Assembly: GCA_028817855.1 (NCBI GenBank) | Contig: JAPPOT010000083.1 | Location: 1-51,101 of the forward strand | Length of the DNA stretch: 51,101 nt | Origin: Myxococcales bacterium | GTDB lineage: Bacteria > Myxococcota_A > Polyangia > Polyangiales > JAFGIB01 | Direction: 5' to 3' | In this document: positions 19,484 through 29,209 of the stretch, piece by piece | How the letters are laid out: every line of letters starts with the position of its first letter | Position numbering within the stretch: position 1 is the stretch's first letter | Translations under genes and position numbers: made by a program | The notes under the pieces: generated by a model | The model's input: the letters and a program-made list of their open reading frames with translations, nothing else | Database searches by the model: none | Told to the model about the DNA's origin: nothing

Positions 19484-19574
19484 GTGCATTAAGGCAAATA
19501 TTTCAACGTAGATGCCGCTGCAGGACTGCCCCGGTGGCAAGCCTGCCGCGGCATTCTGCCGCAGGGCGACAAGC

Positions 19575-20435
19575 CTACAAGTAAGCCTTGAGCTTCTCGA
19601 TTCGCTTGCGGCCTTCTTCAGCGGCCTTGGCGTCCTTGGCGCTGATCGCCTTCACGTAGCGCTCGTAGGTCTGGATGGCGTTCCTGTTGTCGCCCATCTT
19701 CTCGTAGCAGTTGGCCAGGTCGAAGAGCACGCGCGCGTTGTTCTTGTCCTTCTGCAGGACCTTCCGGTAGTGCGGGATCGCTTCCTTGTAGCGCTCCTGG
19801 CCGCGCAGAGAGATCGCCAAATTGCGGTGCATGCCGGCATCGTCGGGCTTGAGCTCGACCGCGCGCTCGAGGTGGGTGATCGCCTCCTCGTAGCGCTTCT
19901 GGCGGCTCAGGGCGACGCCCAGGTTGTTGAGCAGGTCGGTGTCGTCGGGCTTGCGCCGCACCGCCTCCTCCATGGCCTTGATCGCCTCGTCGGCCTTGCC
20001 CGTCCTGCGCAGGGCCAAGCCCAGGTTGGCCGCGCTCTGGGCATCGCGCTTGTCGAGCTCGATCGCCTTGCGCAGGCGCCCGACCGCCTCCTCGTAGCGC
20101 TTCAGGCGGATCAGCGTGGAGCCCGCCAGCGCATAGGCCGGGGCGTGCTTCGGGGTCAGTGAGATCGCCTTCTCGTAGGCCATCAGCGCACCCTGCAGGT
20201 TGCCGAGCTTGCGCTCCAGGCCGCCCAGCGTCATCCAAGCGGCGGCGTGGCTCGGGCGCAGCTTCACCGCCTTGCGGACCTCGTTGACCGCCGCGGTCAG
20301 GTTGCCCTTGCGCTTGTGATCGAGGCCCATCCGGTAGTGGCCCTCGGCCTGGTCCGCCAGCACGACCGCCGGCACCGCCAGCGAAAGGCCCAGGGCGGTG
20401 AGCACGATCAGCAGAGAGATTCGAAGCGGTCGCAT
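19575..20435 (-). CDS. Periplasmic TPR-repeat protein
   Basis: 286 aa with a signal peptide and about seven 34-residue TPR-like repeats (recurring Y/A/L pattern, e.g. RYEEAI..L.KAIEL.P). Confidence 0.8.
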   Translation of the reverse strand: MRPLRISLLIVLTALGLSLAVPAVVLADQAEGHYRMGLDHKRKGNLTAAVNEVRKAVKLRPSHAAAWMTLGGLERKLGNLQGALMAYEKAISLTPKHAPAYALAGSTLIRLKRYEEAVGRLRKAIELDKRDAQSAANLGLALRRTGKADEAIKAMEEAVRRKPDDTDLLNNLGVALSRQKRYEEAITHLERAVELKPDDAGMHRNLAISLRGQERYKEAIPHYRKVLQKDKNNARVLFDLANCYEKMGDNRNAIQTYERYVKAISAKDAKAAEEGRKRIEKLKAYL

Positions 20436-20607
20436 GGCAGGGCTCCTGGGGTTGTCCGCCCTTGGACGGCCGCGCCCGGGCGCGCATTCTAAGCCTGCCC
20501 CCCGGCGCTGGGCCGATGCTCAACCACCCGAAAGCAAAGCACAACCCACGCGATCACGGGGGCGGGATTTGACAGCCGGCGGGCGAAGGCCTAACCCTTT
20601 ACCCGTG

Positions 20608-20688
20608 ATGGCGAAGGGCCTCGCGCTACTGATCCTCCTTCCGGGCCTGCTGCTGAGCAGGGCGGGTAGGGGTTTCTGCAGCCGATAG
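20608..20688 (+). CDS. Candidate Leu-rich leader peptide (26 aa)
   Basis: MAKGLALLILLPGLLLSRAGRGFCSR has 8 Leu and 1 Ile in 26 codons. It lies 107 nt upstream of a LeuA-family gene and its stop codon sits in the loop of a strong hairpin. No obvious SD. Confidence 0.45.
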   Translation: MAKGLALLILLPGLLLSRAGRGFCSR

Positions 20689-20737
20689 CGCTTCACCGAA
20701 AACCCCTCACCCGCCGGATCGAGACCGGCGCGAGGGG
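20661..20737 (+). promoter_or_regulatory. Two mutually exclusive hairpins (attenuator-like)
   Basis: Hairpin 1 pairs 20661-20676 with 20698-20715 (about 15 bp, one bulge). Hairpin 2 is CCCCTC-acc-CGCCGG-atcgaga-CCGGCG-c-GAGGGG (20703-20737). Both use 20703-20715. The downstream sequence CTTCCAGACTTGCTCGTTTCGCT is relatively T-rich. Confidence 0.4.
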
Positions 20738-20794
20738 CTTCCAGACTTGCTCGTTTCGCTCCGGCCCCGGCACCACCACGGAGCCAAGAGAGCC

Positions 20795-21949
<1,155 letters not shown>

Positions 21950-21954
21950 TGCGG

Positions 21955-22004
21955 GCCGTCCCGAGCGCCCCGTCCGTGTGAGGAGGGGGCGGGGATAGGA
22001 CGGC
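21955..22004. terminator. Composite GC-rich hairpin between convergent genes
   Basis: GCCGTCC (21955-21961) pairs with GGACGGC (21998-22004), and inner CGCCCC (21966-21971) pairs with GGGGCG (21986-21991). Confidence 0.35.
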
Positions 22005-22013
22005 TGTGCGCGC

Positions 22014-22973
22014 TCAGCTTCCGGGCACCACGTCGGCGCTCAGCGTGTAGGACAGCGGTCCGGTGTCCGAAGAGAAGGGCTCGGTGCACCCGATGGTGCC
22101 GCCGGCGAGCACCTCCGGATCGGCCGGCACCTCGCACGCGTAGATCAGCGTGTCGGGTTCGCCCTCGTCGCTGTCGTCGTCCAGCACCTCGAGGCGCACC
22201 ACGCTCGTGCGCAGCAGGCCCAGGGGGATCGACACATCCCAGCCGGTGAACTCGATCGTGCGTGCGGAGCTCGTCCGGGCTTGTTCCTCGCCATCGACCA
22301 GCACGACCACGTAGGGGTCGGGCAGGCACCCGCAGCGCAGGTAGGGCGGCACGAAGACCGGCACCGCGCAGCCCGTGTCGAGGCAGACTTCGTTGTCATA
22401 GTCGATGCTGCGCGGCACGTTGACCTCGATGCGCGTGATTTCCCACAGATCGACGATGACGAAGGGGTTAGGCACGCAGCGGCCGTTGACGCAGGTCTGT
22501 CCCTCGGGACACAGCAGCGGACAGGTGGGGGCGTCCTCCGCGCCCATACTCATGGGGTCCATCGCGTCGTCGGTTGCGGGATCGGTGCCGCCGTCGGCCG
22601 GCGGTGGCCCACCCATCACCCCGTTGCCCGCGCTGCCCACGCTCGGTGCGTTCGGCTCCATCGCGACGTCGTCCTGGCCGGGCGGCGCTGTGATCGGCGG
22701 CAGGGCGTCTCCGACCAAGCCCGGGGGAGGCTCGGGCGCACCCATCCCGCGGCAGCGCTCCAGGCGCTGGCAGTCCGGGTCCTCGCAGTCGGTCAGGTCA
22801 TCGCCGTCGTTGTCGGCCAGGTCCATGCAGGCGCCGACCGTGAGCTCGGTCTCGAGCGTGCCGAGGGTGCACGCGGGGCAGAGCGACGCGAGGGCCACCA
22901 GGATCCGGCAGACAGTCGAGCACCGCTCCAGCCCCACGTGTGCAGGGTAGTGCATCGGTCTCGCCCCTGCCAC
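22014..22973 (-). CDS. Secreted Cys-rich protein with an acidic C2-like C-terminal domain
   Basis: 319 aa (GTG 22973 or ATG 22955). Hydrophobic N-terminus, DNDGDDLTDCEDPDC motif, Pro/Gly-rich linker, C-terminal beta-rich region ending in DDDSDEGE. Confidence 0.45.
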   Translation of the reverse strand: MAGARPMHYPAHVGLERCSTVCRILVALASLCPACTLGTLETELTVGACMDLADNDGDDLTDCEDPDCQRLERCRGMGAPEPPPGLVGDALPPITAPPGQDDVAMEPNAPSVGSAGNGVMGGPPPADGGTDPATDDAMDPMSMGAEDAPTCPLLCPEGQTCVNGRCVPNPFVIVDLWEITRIEVNVPRSIDYDNEVCLDTGCAVPVFVPPYLRCGCLPDPYVVVLVDGEEQARTSSARTIEFTGWDVSIPLGLLRTSVVRLEVLDDDSDEGEPDTLIYACEVPADPEVLAGGTIGCTEPFSSDTGPLSYTLSADVVPGS

Positions 22974-22976
22974 GCT

Positions 22977-24134
22977 TCAGCGGAAGTCGTCGGGCTGGGC
23001 GAGCGCAAGCTCGACGGCTTCACCCACGCGACCGGAGTCGACGCCGCGCGTGTAGACCGTCCACTCGCCGGCCTCGTAGCGGCCCTGGCAGTGGCGCTCG
23101 TACCAGGCGCGGATCGGGTTGCTCCCGCGGGCTCGCCACACCAGCGCCGGATGGTCAGCCGTAAGGCGCCCCCAGAGATCCTGACCAAGGCCGTCGCCCT
23201 GTGCCTCCCGCGTGACCGCGAACTTCGAGAGGTAGCCGCCGAGCGGGCAAGCGGCGATCAACGCCGCGCCGCGGTAGTCCTCCTCGACGTAGGTGTGCAG
23301 CGGCGGGGCATCGAAGAAGGCCTCGCGCGGTGGCTTGCCAAAGCTGCCGGCCAGCAGCTCGCCGAGGCGCGCCAGGTCGACGCCGTCCCAGCCGGCGTGC
23401 CGCTCGATGCGGGTGCCGGTGCGGAGGTAGGTGCCGGCGCCCTTCACCGTGAAGAGCTCCTGCAGCAGGTCCAGGGGCGAGGTCAGCGACACCGCCAGTC
23501 GGTGTTGGACGCGCTCCACAACCAGCGTGCGGATGTCGTCGAGAAGGCGCCGCTCGCCCTCGCCCAGCTCGGCGTCGCCCTGCAATTCGGAGTAGTCGGT
23601 GCTGAGGTTGACCACGTTGAGGCGCTCGCCGTGCAGGCGCAGGCCGCCCTGGGGGCGCAGCAGGATCAACTTGTGGGTGCCCAGGCTGGCGAGCATGTCG
23701 CCCAGGGCGTCCACCGCGCTGCCCGCCTGCCCGTCGTCCCAGCTGACCAGCGGGATGCGCCCAGCCGCCGCCGCCCGGGCGATCGGCTCGCGGCCGGCGC
23801 CGATCGAGAGGCGCTCGGTGTCGACACCCGCCTCGGCGAGGCGCTCGCTCAGCAGCTGGGCGTGATCCTCGGCCCGCGCCGGCTCGTACAGGCCGAGCAC
23901 CACGACGGGAGTCAGTCCGAGCTGGCGCAGGAAGCGCAGGTCCAGGGTGACGCCGTCGAGCCCGTACTCCAGGGCCGACGCCAGCACCGTCAGCGTGGCG
24001 AATCGCTCAGGCGCGCGCGAGCGAAAGAGGCGCAGGTAGAACTCGGCCTCGCTCCCCGGGCCGACGCTCTCGAGGAAGCGCAGCACGGCTTCTGCCGGAT
24101 CGATACCGCCGCCCCGCTGCCGCCGCGCGCTCAC
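22977..24134 (-). CDS. N-acetylglutamate synthase-like protein (amino-acid-kinase fold plus C-terminal NAT/DUF619-type domain)
   Basis: 385 aa, GTG start overlapping the upstream stop. ELFTVKGAGT (AAK-fold C-terminal signature) followed by YLSKFAV...GDGLG..LW...LVWRAR..N....WY, typical of the vertebrate-like NAGS acetyltransferase domain. Confidence 0.55.
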   Translation of the reverse strand: MSARRQRGGGIDPAEAVLRFLESVGPGSEAEFYLRLFRSRAPERFATLTVLASALEYGLDGVTLDLRFLRQLGLTPVVVLGLYEPARAEDHAQLLSERLAEAGVDTERLSIGAGREPIARAAAAGRIPLVSWDDGQAGSAVDALGDMLASLGTHKLILLRPQGGLRLHGERLNVVNLSTDYSELQGDAELGEGERRLLDDIRTLVVERVQHRLAVSLTSPLDLLQELFTVKGAGTYLRTGTRIERHAGWDGVDLARLGELLAGSFGKPPREAFFDAPPLHTYVEEDYRGAALIAACPLGGYLSKFAVTREAQGDGLGQDLWGRLTADHPALVWRARGSNPIRAWYERHCQGRYEAGEWTVYTRGVDSGRVGEAVELALAQPDDFR

Positions 24135-25474
24135 CGTGAGACCTTAGCAGGCGCCAATCGGTAGATCTCTCCGCGTCCGAAGGCGCCCACGTAGAGCTCG
24201 CCGCGGGCGTCGCGCCCGAAGGTGCTGATCAACATCGGCCACTTGCCGAGGTTGGTCGCGGCGCCGACGCGCCTGGTGCGGTCGTCGGGTAGGTCGATCG
24301 CCATCAGCCGTCCGCTGACGAAATCCGCAAAGACGTAGCGCCCGCGCAGGGCCGGGATGGCAGTGCCCCGGTAGACCAGCCCGCCCGTGATCGAGCCGCC
24401 CGTCTCGCGCCCGTAGACGAAGACCGGGTCGACCAGGTCTTCGCGGACGCAGTCGTTGGGGTCGTCGGCGAAACAGGCGAAGCCCTCCTTCAGCCTCCAG
24501 CCCAGGTTGTCGCCGGCCTGGGCGATGCTGATCTCCTCCCAGCTGTTCTGCCCCACGTCCGCCACCACCAGCCGCCCCGCGTCGTCCCAGCTGTAGCGCC
24601 AGGGGTTGCGCAGGCCGTAGGCCCAGACCTCGGGCCGGAAGCCGTCGCGACCGACGAAGGGGTTGTCCGCCGGGATGCCGTAGGGCCTGTCGCCGTCGCC
24701 GCGCGCGTCGACGTCGATGCGCAGCATGCTGCCGAGGAAAGTGTAGGGGTTCTGGCCGTGGTCGCCCGGGTCGTCGGCCAGGCCCCCGTCGCCCCAGCCC
24801 ACGTAGAGGTAGCCGTCGGGACCGAAGCCCAGCTGGCCGGCGTTGTGGTTCTGGTAGGGCTGCTGCACCTCCATGAGCACGCGCTGGGCGCTGGCCTCAC
24901 CGTCTTCCAGGTCGTCCGCGCTCGGGGCCTTGCCCGCTGCGCCCAGGCGCCACTCCTCCACGCGGCTGACGTGGACGCCCTTCGCGTCGATCACGTAGTT
25001 GAGGAAGAAGCGCCCATTGTCCGCGAAGCCCGGGTGGAAGGCCAGGCCCAGCAGCCCCTGCTCGGAAGCGGACAGCACCGGGATCTCGAGCAACTCGCCG
25101 TGCACGCCGGTGGTGTGGCGGAGCCAGCGCGCCACGCCGCCCTTCTCCAGTACCACCGCGTGATCGGCCATGCCCGGCGGGAACTGGATGTCGGTCGGCT
25201 CCGCGATGCCCTCGGCGACCTTCTCCAGCGCGACCTCCATCACCCGCACGCCGGCGTCGTGGCTGTCCCCGGTGCCGATCTGTGTCTCGGTCAGCTCGCT
25301 CGGGACGACCGGCCCGGCCGGGGTGCCGTAGCCCTGCGAGAAGGCGGAGACCAGCAGTCGACCCACGCCCTCCGGGTTGAGGTACAGGTAGCCGGCGAGC
25401 CCTATCAAGGCGAGCAGCAGCAGCAGCCTGACGGGTCGTTTGGGTCGCACGCTAGAAGCCCCAAGCCCTTGCAT
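24131..25474 (-). CDS. PQQ-dependent soluble sugar (glucose/sorbosone) dehydrogenase-like beta-propeller, membrane-anchored or secreted
   Basis: 447 aa from ATG 25474 (internal to track ORF 24131-25672). N-terminal hydrophobic segment. GLLGLAFHP and NHNAGQLGFGPDGYLYVGWGDGG motifs. Confidence 0.7.
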   Translation of the reverse strand: MQGLGASSVRPKRPVRLLLLLALIGLAGYLYLNPEGVGRLLVSAFSQGYGTPAGPVVPSELTETQIGTGDSHDAGVRVMEVALEKVAEGIAEPTDIQFPPGMADHAVVLEKGGVARWLRHTTGVHGELLEIPVLSASEQGLLGLAFHPGFADNGRFFLNYVIDAKGVHVSRVEEWRLGAAGKAPSADDLEDGEASAQRVLMEVQQPYQNHNAGQLGFGPDGYLYVGWGDGGLADDPGDHGQNPYTFLGSMLRIDVDARGDGDRPYGIPADNPFVGRDGFRPEVWAYGLRNPWRYSWDDAGRLVVADVGQNSWEEISIAQAGDNLGWRLKEGFACFADDPNDCVREDLVDPVFVYGRETGGSITGGLVYRGTAIPALRGRYVFADFVSGRLMAIDLPDDRTRRVGAATNLGKWPMLISTFGRDARGELYVGAFGRGEIYRLAPAKVSR

Positions 25475-25529
25475 CCAGGTCGAATTTGCTGGATACGGCG
25501 AGCAGCAGAGCAGGGGATACGCGCAACCC

Positions 25530-26141
25530 GTGGTTGACGGCAAGGGAAAATCCAGGGAGTCCTCCAAGCAGGAGACCCGCGAGGCTCTGATCCGGGCCGG
25601 CATGACCCTCTTCTCCGAGGAAGGGGTGGATCTGCCCAGCCTGGACGCCATCTGCGCGCGGGCGGGCTTCACGCGGGGTGCCTTCTACGTTCACTTCAAG
25701 GACCGGGACGACTTCCTCGAGGCGGTCGTGGACCGGGTCATGACGGACTTCGTGACTTCGGTGGTGGCGGCCGGCGAGGAGGGGGACGATTTGGGCGAGA
25801 CCATCGATCGCTTCCTGCAGGCGGCCGCCAGCGGGACGGTGCCGCTGATGGGCGACCGCGCGCTGATCCAGCAGCTGATGGCGCGGGGCATGCAGCGCGC
25901 CGATAACATGCGCGCCGGCTTCCGCAACCTGCTCCAGGTTGCCCTAGGGCGGCTGGCAGCCAGCGCCAAGGCGGCGCGCGAGGCCGGCAAGCTCAAGACC
26001 GAGGTCGACGAGGATCTGGTGGCGGCGTGGCTGGTCGCGGCCGCCCTTGGGCTGACGAGCTTGCTCGAGGCGGGCATCGAGCTGGACTTCAATCGAATCC
26101 GGCAAAGCGCGCGACAGCTCTTGCAGATCGAGCCCGACTGA
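25530..26141 (+). CDS. TetR/AcrR family transcriptional regulator
   Basis: About 203 aa from GTG 25530; the start is uncertain because the track ORF begins at 25440 and would overlap the divergent gene. HTH LDAICARAGFTRGAFYVHFKDRDDF. Confidence 0.75.
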   Translation: MVDGKGKSRESSKQETREALIRAGMTLFSEEGVDLPSLDAICARAGFTRGAFYVHFKDRDDFLEAVVDRVMTDFVTSVVAAGEEGDDLGETIDRFLQAAASGTVPLMGDRALIQQLMARGMQRADNMRAGFRNLLQVALGRLAASAKAAREAGKLKTEVDEDLVAAWLVAAALGLTSLLEAGIELDFNRIRQSARQLLQIEPD

Positions 26142-26160
26142 AGCGACATTCTGCCGCGCG

Positions 26161-26706
26161 ATGGCACGAAGTCAGTCTCGAAACGGCAAGCGCCAGGGCA
26201 AGCGCAACGGCAACAGTGCCCTGCCGGTCCTCAGCGATACCCGCCAGCAGGTCCCGTGCCTGACGTGCGCCCTGTGTTGCACGTATATTGCGGTGGAGAT
26301 CGACGAGCCCGACACCGTGCGCGGCGCCACCGAGATCCTCTGGTACCTCTACCACGAGAACACGAGCATCTACGTCGAGGACGACGAGTGGCTGCTCCAG
26401 TTCGAGACCCGTTGCCGCAACCTCGGCGACGACCACAAGTGCTCGATCTACGAGCAACGCCCCCAGGTCTGCCGCGAGTTCGACGAGAAGGCTTGCGAGG
26501 TCAATGCCGATGAGGTCGGCCAAACCTTCATCTCGCCGCAGCAGTTCCTCGACTACCTGAAGCAGCACCACAAGCGCATCCACACGCTGGTCTCCAAGAA
26601 GTACCTGCCGGGCGAGGAGCACCTGCAGCGCGTGCCGAGCGGCAAGCGCAAGCTGGCCCGCTTCGATCAGCGGTACAAGGCCATGCGCACCCTCGGCGCC
26701 CGGTGA
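26161..26706 (+). CDS. YkgJ-family (CxxCxxCC) cysteine-cluster protein
   Basis: 181 aa with CLTCALCC motif plus a downstream C...C..C pattern. Basic N-terminus. 19 nt after the TetR gene. Confidence 0.65.
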   Translation: MARSQSRNGKRQGKRNGNSALPVLSDTRQQVPCLTCALCCTYIAVEIDEPDTVRGATEILWYLYHENTSIYVEDDEWLLQFETRCRNLGDDHKCSIYEQRPQVCREFDEKACEVNADEVGQTFISPQQFLDYLKQHHKRIHTLVSKKYLPGEEHLQRVPSGKRKLARFDQRYKAMRTLGAR

Positions 26707-26707
26707 A

Positions 26708-26895
26708 GTCGGCCGAGGTTCGCCCAGGAGCGGCTTGCTGACCGTCGGGGCCCGACCCGCGGCAGGTCGTGCGACCCTCCCGCCCCATCGGCAAAGCCGC
26801 TGGGGCCCTACCTTCCCGCGGCGTCGTCGCTGCGCTCCTCCTCCGCGCCGCTGTCGTGTCCGGGCGCGGCCGCTCCTGAACGAACCTCGACCGAC
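26708..26895. repeat. 188-bp intergenic element bounded by 27-nt imperfect inverted repeats
   Basis: Left arm GTCGGCCGAGGTTCGCCCAGGAGCGGC (26708-26734). The reverse complement of the right arm (26869-26895) is GTCGGTCGAGGTTCGTTCAGGAGCGGC. 24 of 27 positions are identical and all 3 differences are C/T. Confidence 0.6.
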
Positions 26896-26975
26896 CTCGG
26901 CCCCGCTTTGTCTCTGCCTGACGCACCTCGGTTGGGTTTGTCGCGGTCCAAGGGTGTGGCTGCTAGGATCTGGCT

Positions 26976-27878
26976 GTGTCGCCCCGCTTCCTCGTTCTCT
27001 GTGCCGCGCTCGTCGCTGGCGTGCTTGCTCTGGTCCCGCACACGCATGCCGACAGGCCGGTGGCCACGTTGGCGCAGTTGGGGCATGGACTGTCGGGGCA
27101 AGGGGAGCTGATCGGGAATACGCCGCGGCGGATCCTGCACTTCACGTTTGACGATGGGCCCCACGAGCGGGAGACCCCGCGGCTGCTGGCTGCTCTGGAT
27201 CGCTTCGGGGTGAAGGCCACCTTCTTCTTCTCCGCGAGCCGCTTTGCCAGCGGAGAGAAGCGCAACGCCCGGGCGTCGGAGATCGCGCGGCAGGTGGCCG
27301 CACGCGGACATGCCATCGGTAGCCACTCCTTCGATCACGTGCCCATGGCCCGGCTCTCGCCGCCCGAGCTGCGCGAGCAGCTGGCCCGCGCCGATGCCAT
27401 GTTCGAGCGCGTCTTCGGCGCTCGCCCTCACATCTTTCGCCCCCCCAAAGGCTCCAGGAACAACGCCCTGAGGGCGATGCTGAAGGAGCGCCGGGACACC
27501 ACGGTGATGTGGAATGTGGGGCTGGCGGACTGGGTCAAGCGCCCCGCCCGCGAGGTGCGCGAGACCTTCTTCAAGGTCCTCAGTCGCAACGAGACGCGCG
27601 ATGGTGATCGCGGCGGCATCGTCCTGTTGCACGACACCCACAGCTGGAGCGTCGATGCCTTCGTGCTGATCATGGAGGCCCTGCGCGCCCGCAACTGCGA
27701 GCTGATGGCCTCGGGTGAGGAGCTCTACGAGGTGGTCGACAGCCTCGAGCCGTGGGTGGGGAAGGGCGCGCTGGCCCGCGCCAAGGCCCCGGATGCCAAG
27801 CGCCAGCGGACCCTGCGGGCGCGTCTCGTTCAGCGCTGCTCGGGGTCGTCGAGCAAGGCCGCGCGCGTGATGCCGTGA
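26976..27878 (+). CDS. Secreted polysaccharide deacetylase (NodB homology, CE4)
   Basis: 300 aa, GTG start, signal peptide. Motifs HFTFDDGP, HSFDH and LLHD. Confidence 0.8.
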   Translation: MSPRFLVLCAALVAGVLALVPHTHADRPVATLAQLGHGLSGQGELIGNTPRRILHFTFDDGPHERETPRLLAALDRFGVKATFFFSASRFASGEKRNARASEIARQVAARGHAIGSHSFDHVPMARLSPPELREQLARADAMFERVFGARPHIFRPPKGSRNNALRAMLKERRDTTVMWNVGLADWVKRPAREVRETFFKVLSRNETRDGDRGGIVLLHDTHSWSVDAFVLIMEALRARNCELMASGEELYEVVDSLEPWVGKGALARAKAPDAKRQRTLRARLVQRCSGSSSKAARVMP

Positions 27879-28996
27879 TGGCCGAAGCGCTCCCGGACCT
27901 CGGCGGTCACGAGCTCCACGCGCTGGCGCTTGCGCTCGGCGGGGTCCTCGAACAGACGTCCCTGCTCGGCGCCGGAGCCCAGATCGGCCGCGGCCACCCC
28001 AACCAGCCGGATGCCCATGGCGCGCTGCGGCAGCTCGTCGAGCAGTGAGCACGCCGTCCGGTAGAGGGTGTCCGTGTCGAACGCGGGTACGTCCAGGGCG
28101 CGCTGACGCGTGCGCAGCTTGAAGTCGGTGTACTTCACCTTGATGCGCACCACGCTGGCCCACAGGCCCTGCCGGGAGAGCCGGCGGGCCACCGCCGCGC
28201 TGTGCTTGAGCAGCTCGCGCTCGATCTGCGCGCGCGTGCGGATGTCCCGCTCGAGGGTCTGCTCCTGGCCGATCGACTTGGCCTCCCGCTCCGGCACGAC
28301 CTCGCGCGTGTCGTCGCCCACCGCCCGCCGCGCGACGTCGTCGCCCCAGCTGCCGAGCAGCTCACGCAGGCGCTCCTCGCCGGCGGCGGCCAGGTCGCCG
28401 ATGGTCTCGTAGCCCGCCTGGCGGAGGCGCTCCGCCGCACCCGGCCCGACGCCCCACATGCGGTCGAGGGGCAGCGGTGCGAGGAAGGCGGCTACGTCCT
28501 CTCCCACCATCGTGAGGCCGTCGGGCTTCTCGAGGTCGCTGGCGATCTTGGCGGCGAACTTGCAGGGCGCCACCCCGGCTGACGCGGTCAGCTCCAGCTC
28601 TGCGTGGATGTCGGCCTTGATACGAGCCGCGATGGTCGGGCCGTCGCCGAAGAGCGCGATGCTGCCGGTGACGTCGAGGAAGGCCTCGTCCAGGGAAAGC
28701 CCCTCCACTAGTGGGCTGTAGCGGTGGAATATGCCGAAGACCTGCTTGCTCACCGCGCTGTAGTGGGCGTGGCGCGGACGCACTGTGACCGCGTCGGGAC
28801 ACAGGCGCAGGGCCTGCGCGGTGGGCATGGCGGAGCGCACCCCGAAGGCACGGGCTTCGTAGGACGCTGCGGCCACCACCCCTCGGCGGGCGGCACCGCC
28901 CACGATCACCGGCCGACCCCGAAGGGAGGGATCGTCACGCTGCTCCACCGACGCGTAGAACGCGTCCATGTCGACATGCAGGATGGTCCGCGACAT
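27830..28996 (-). CDS. dinB: DNA polymerase IV (Y-family)
   Basis: 388 aa. N-terminal ILHVDMDAFYASVEQ, SIDEAFLDV-like LSLDEAFLDV, little-finger C-terminal region. Confidence 0.9.
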   Translation of the reverse strand: MSRTILHVDMDAFYASVEQRDDPSLRGRPVIVGGAARRGVVAAASYEARAFGVRSAMPTAQALRLCPDAVTVRPRHAHYSAVSKQVFGIFHRYSPLVEGLSLDEAFLDVTGSIALFGDGPTIAARIKADIHAELELTASAGVAPCKFAAKIASDLEKPDGLTMVGEDVAAFLAPLPLDRMWGVGPGAAERLRQAGYETIGDLAAAGEERLRELLGSWGDDVARRAVGDDTREVVPEREAKSIGQEQTLERDIRTRAQIERELLKHSAAVARRLSRQGLWASVVRIKVKYTDFKLRTRQRALDVPAFDTDTLYRTACSLLDELPQRAMGIRLVGVAAADLGSGAEQGRLFEDPAERKRQRVELVTAEVRERFGHHGITRAALLDDPEQR

Positions 28997-29209
28997 CCGC
29001 CCATTCTGCCCCGGGGTGCCGCCGCTCGCTCCCGAGATCGCTTTTCAATTCTGCAATGGCGAAGTGCGGAACTGGCAACTAGCGGGAATTGCACGCGCCC
29101 TAACAAGGTGCTGTATGGGCATGTAAGTGTGCATCCGCAGTGTTTGGAAAATTGTTCGTTTACTCGCTACCCAGGCCGATCTACATTCTGAGTCAGCTGC
29201 GAGTTTTCG

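Noticed and set aside
20569-20597. TTGACA-N17-TAACCC as the promoter for the Leu leader.
   Set aside because: The -35 hexamer is perfect but the -10 lacks the invariant final T. It would place the start only ~3-4 nt before the leader ATG, which would be a leaderless transcript. It is mentioned in the finding but is too weak to list as a feature.
27830-27878. A 49-nt 3' overlap of the convergent deacetylase and dinB genes.
   Set aside because: Both reading frames are well supported up to their stops, and such convergent overlaps are common in compact high-GC genomes. No additional signal was seen.
29146-29158. GGAAAATTGTTCG (minus strand CGAACAATTTTCC) as a Cheo/LexA-type SOS box for dinB.
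   Set aside because: Only one half-site (GAAC) is intact and there are two mismatches in the other. It lies ~150 nt from the dinB start and closer to the EAL gene. I found no match to the published Myxococcus-type LexA motif (CTRHAMRYBYGTTCAGS) in 28997-29209.
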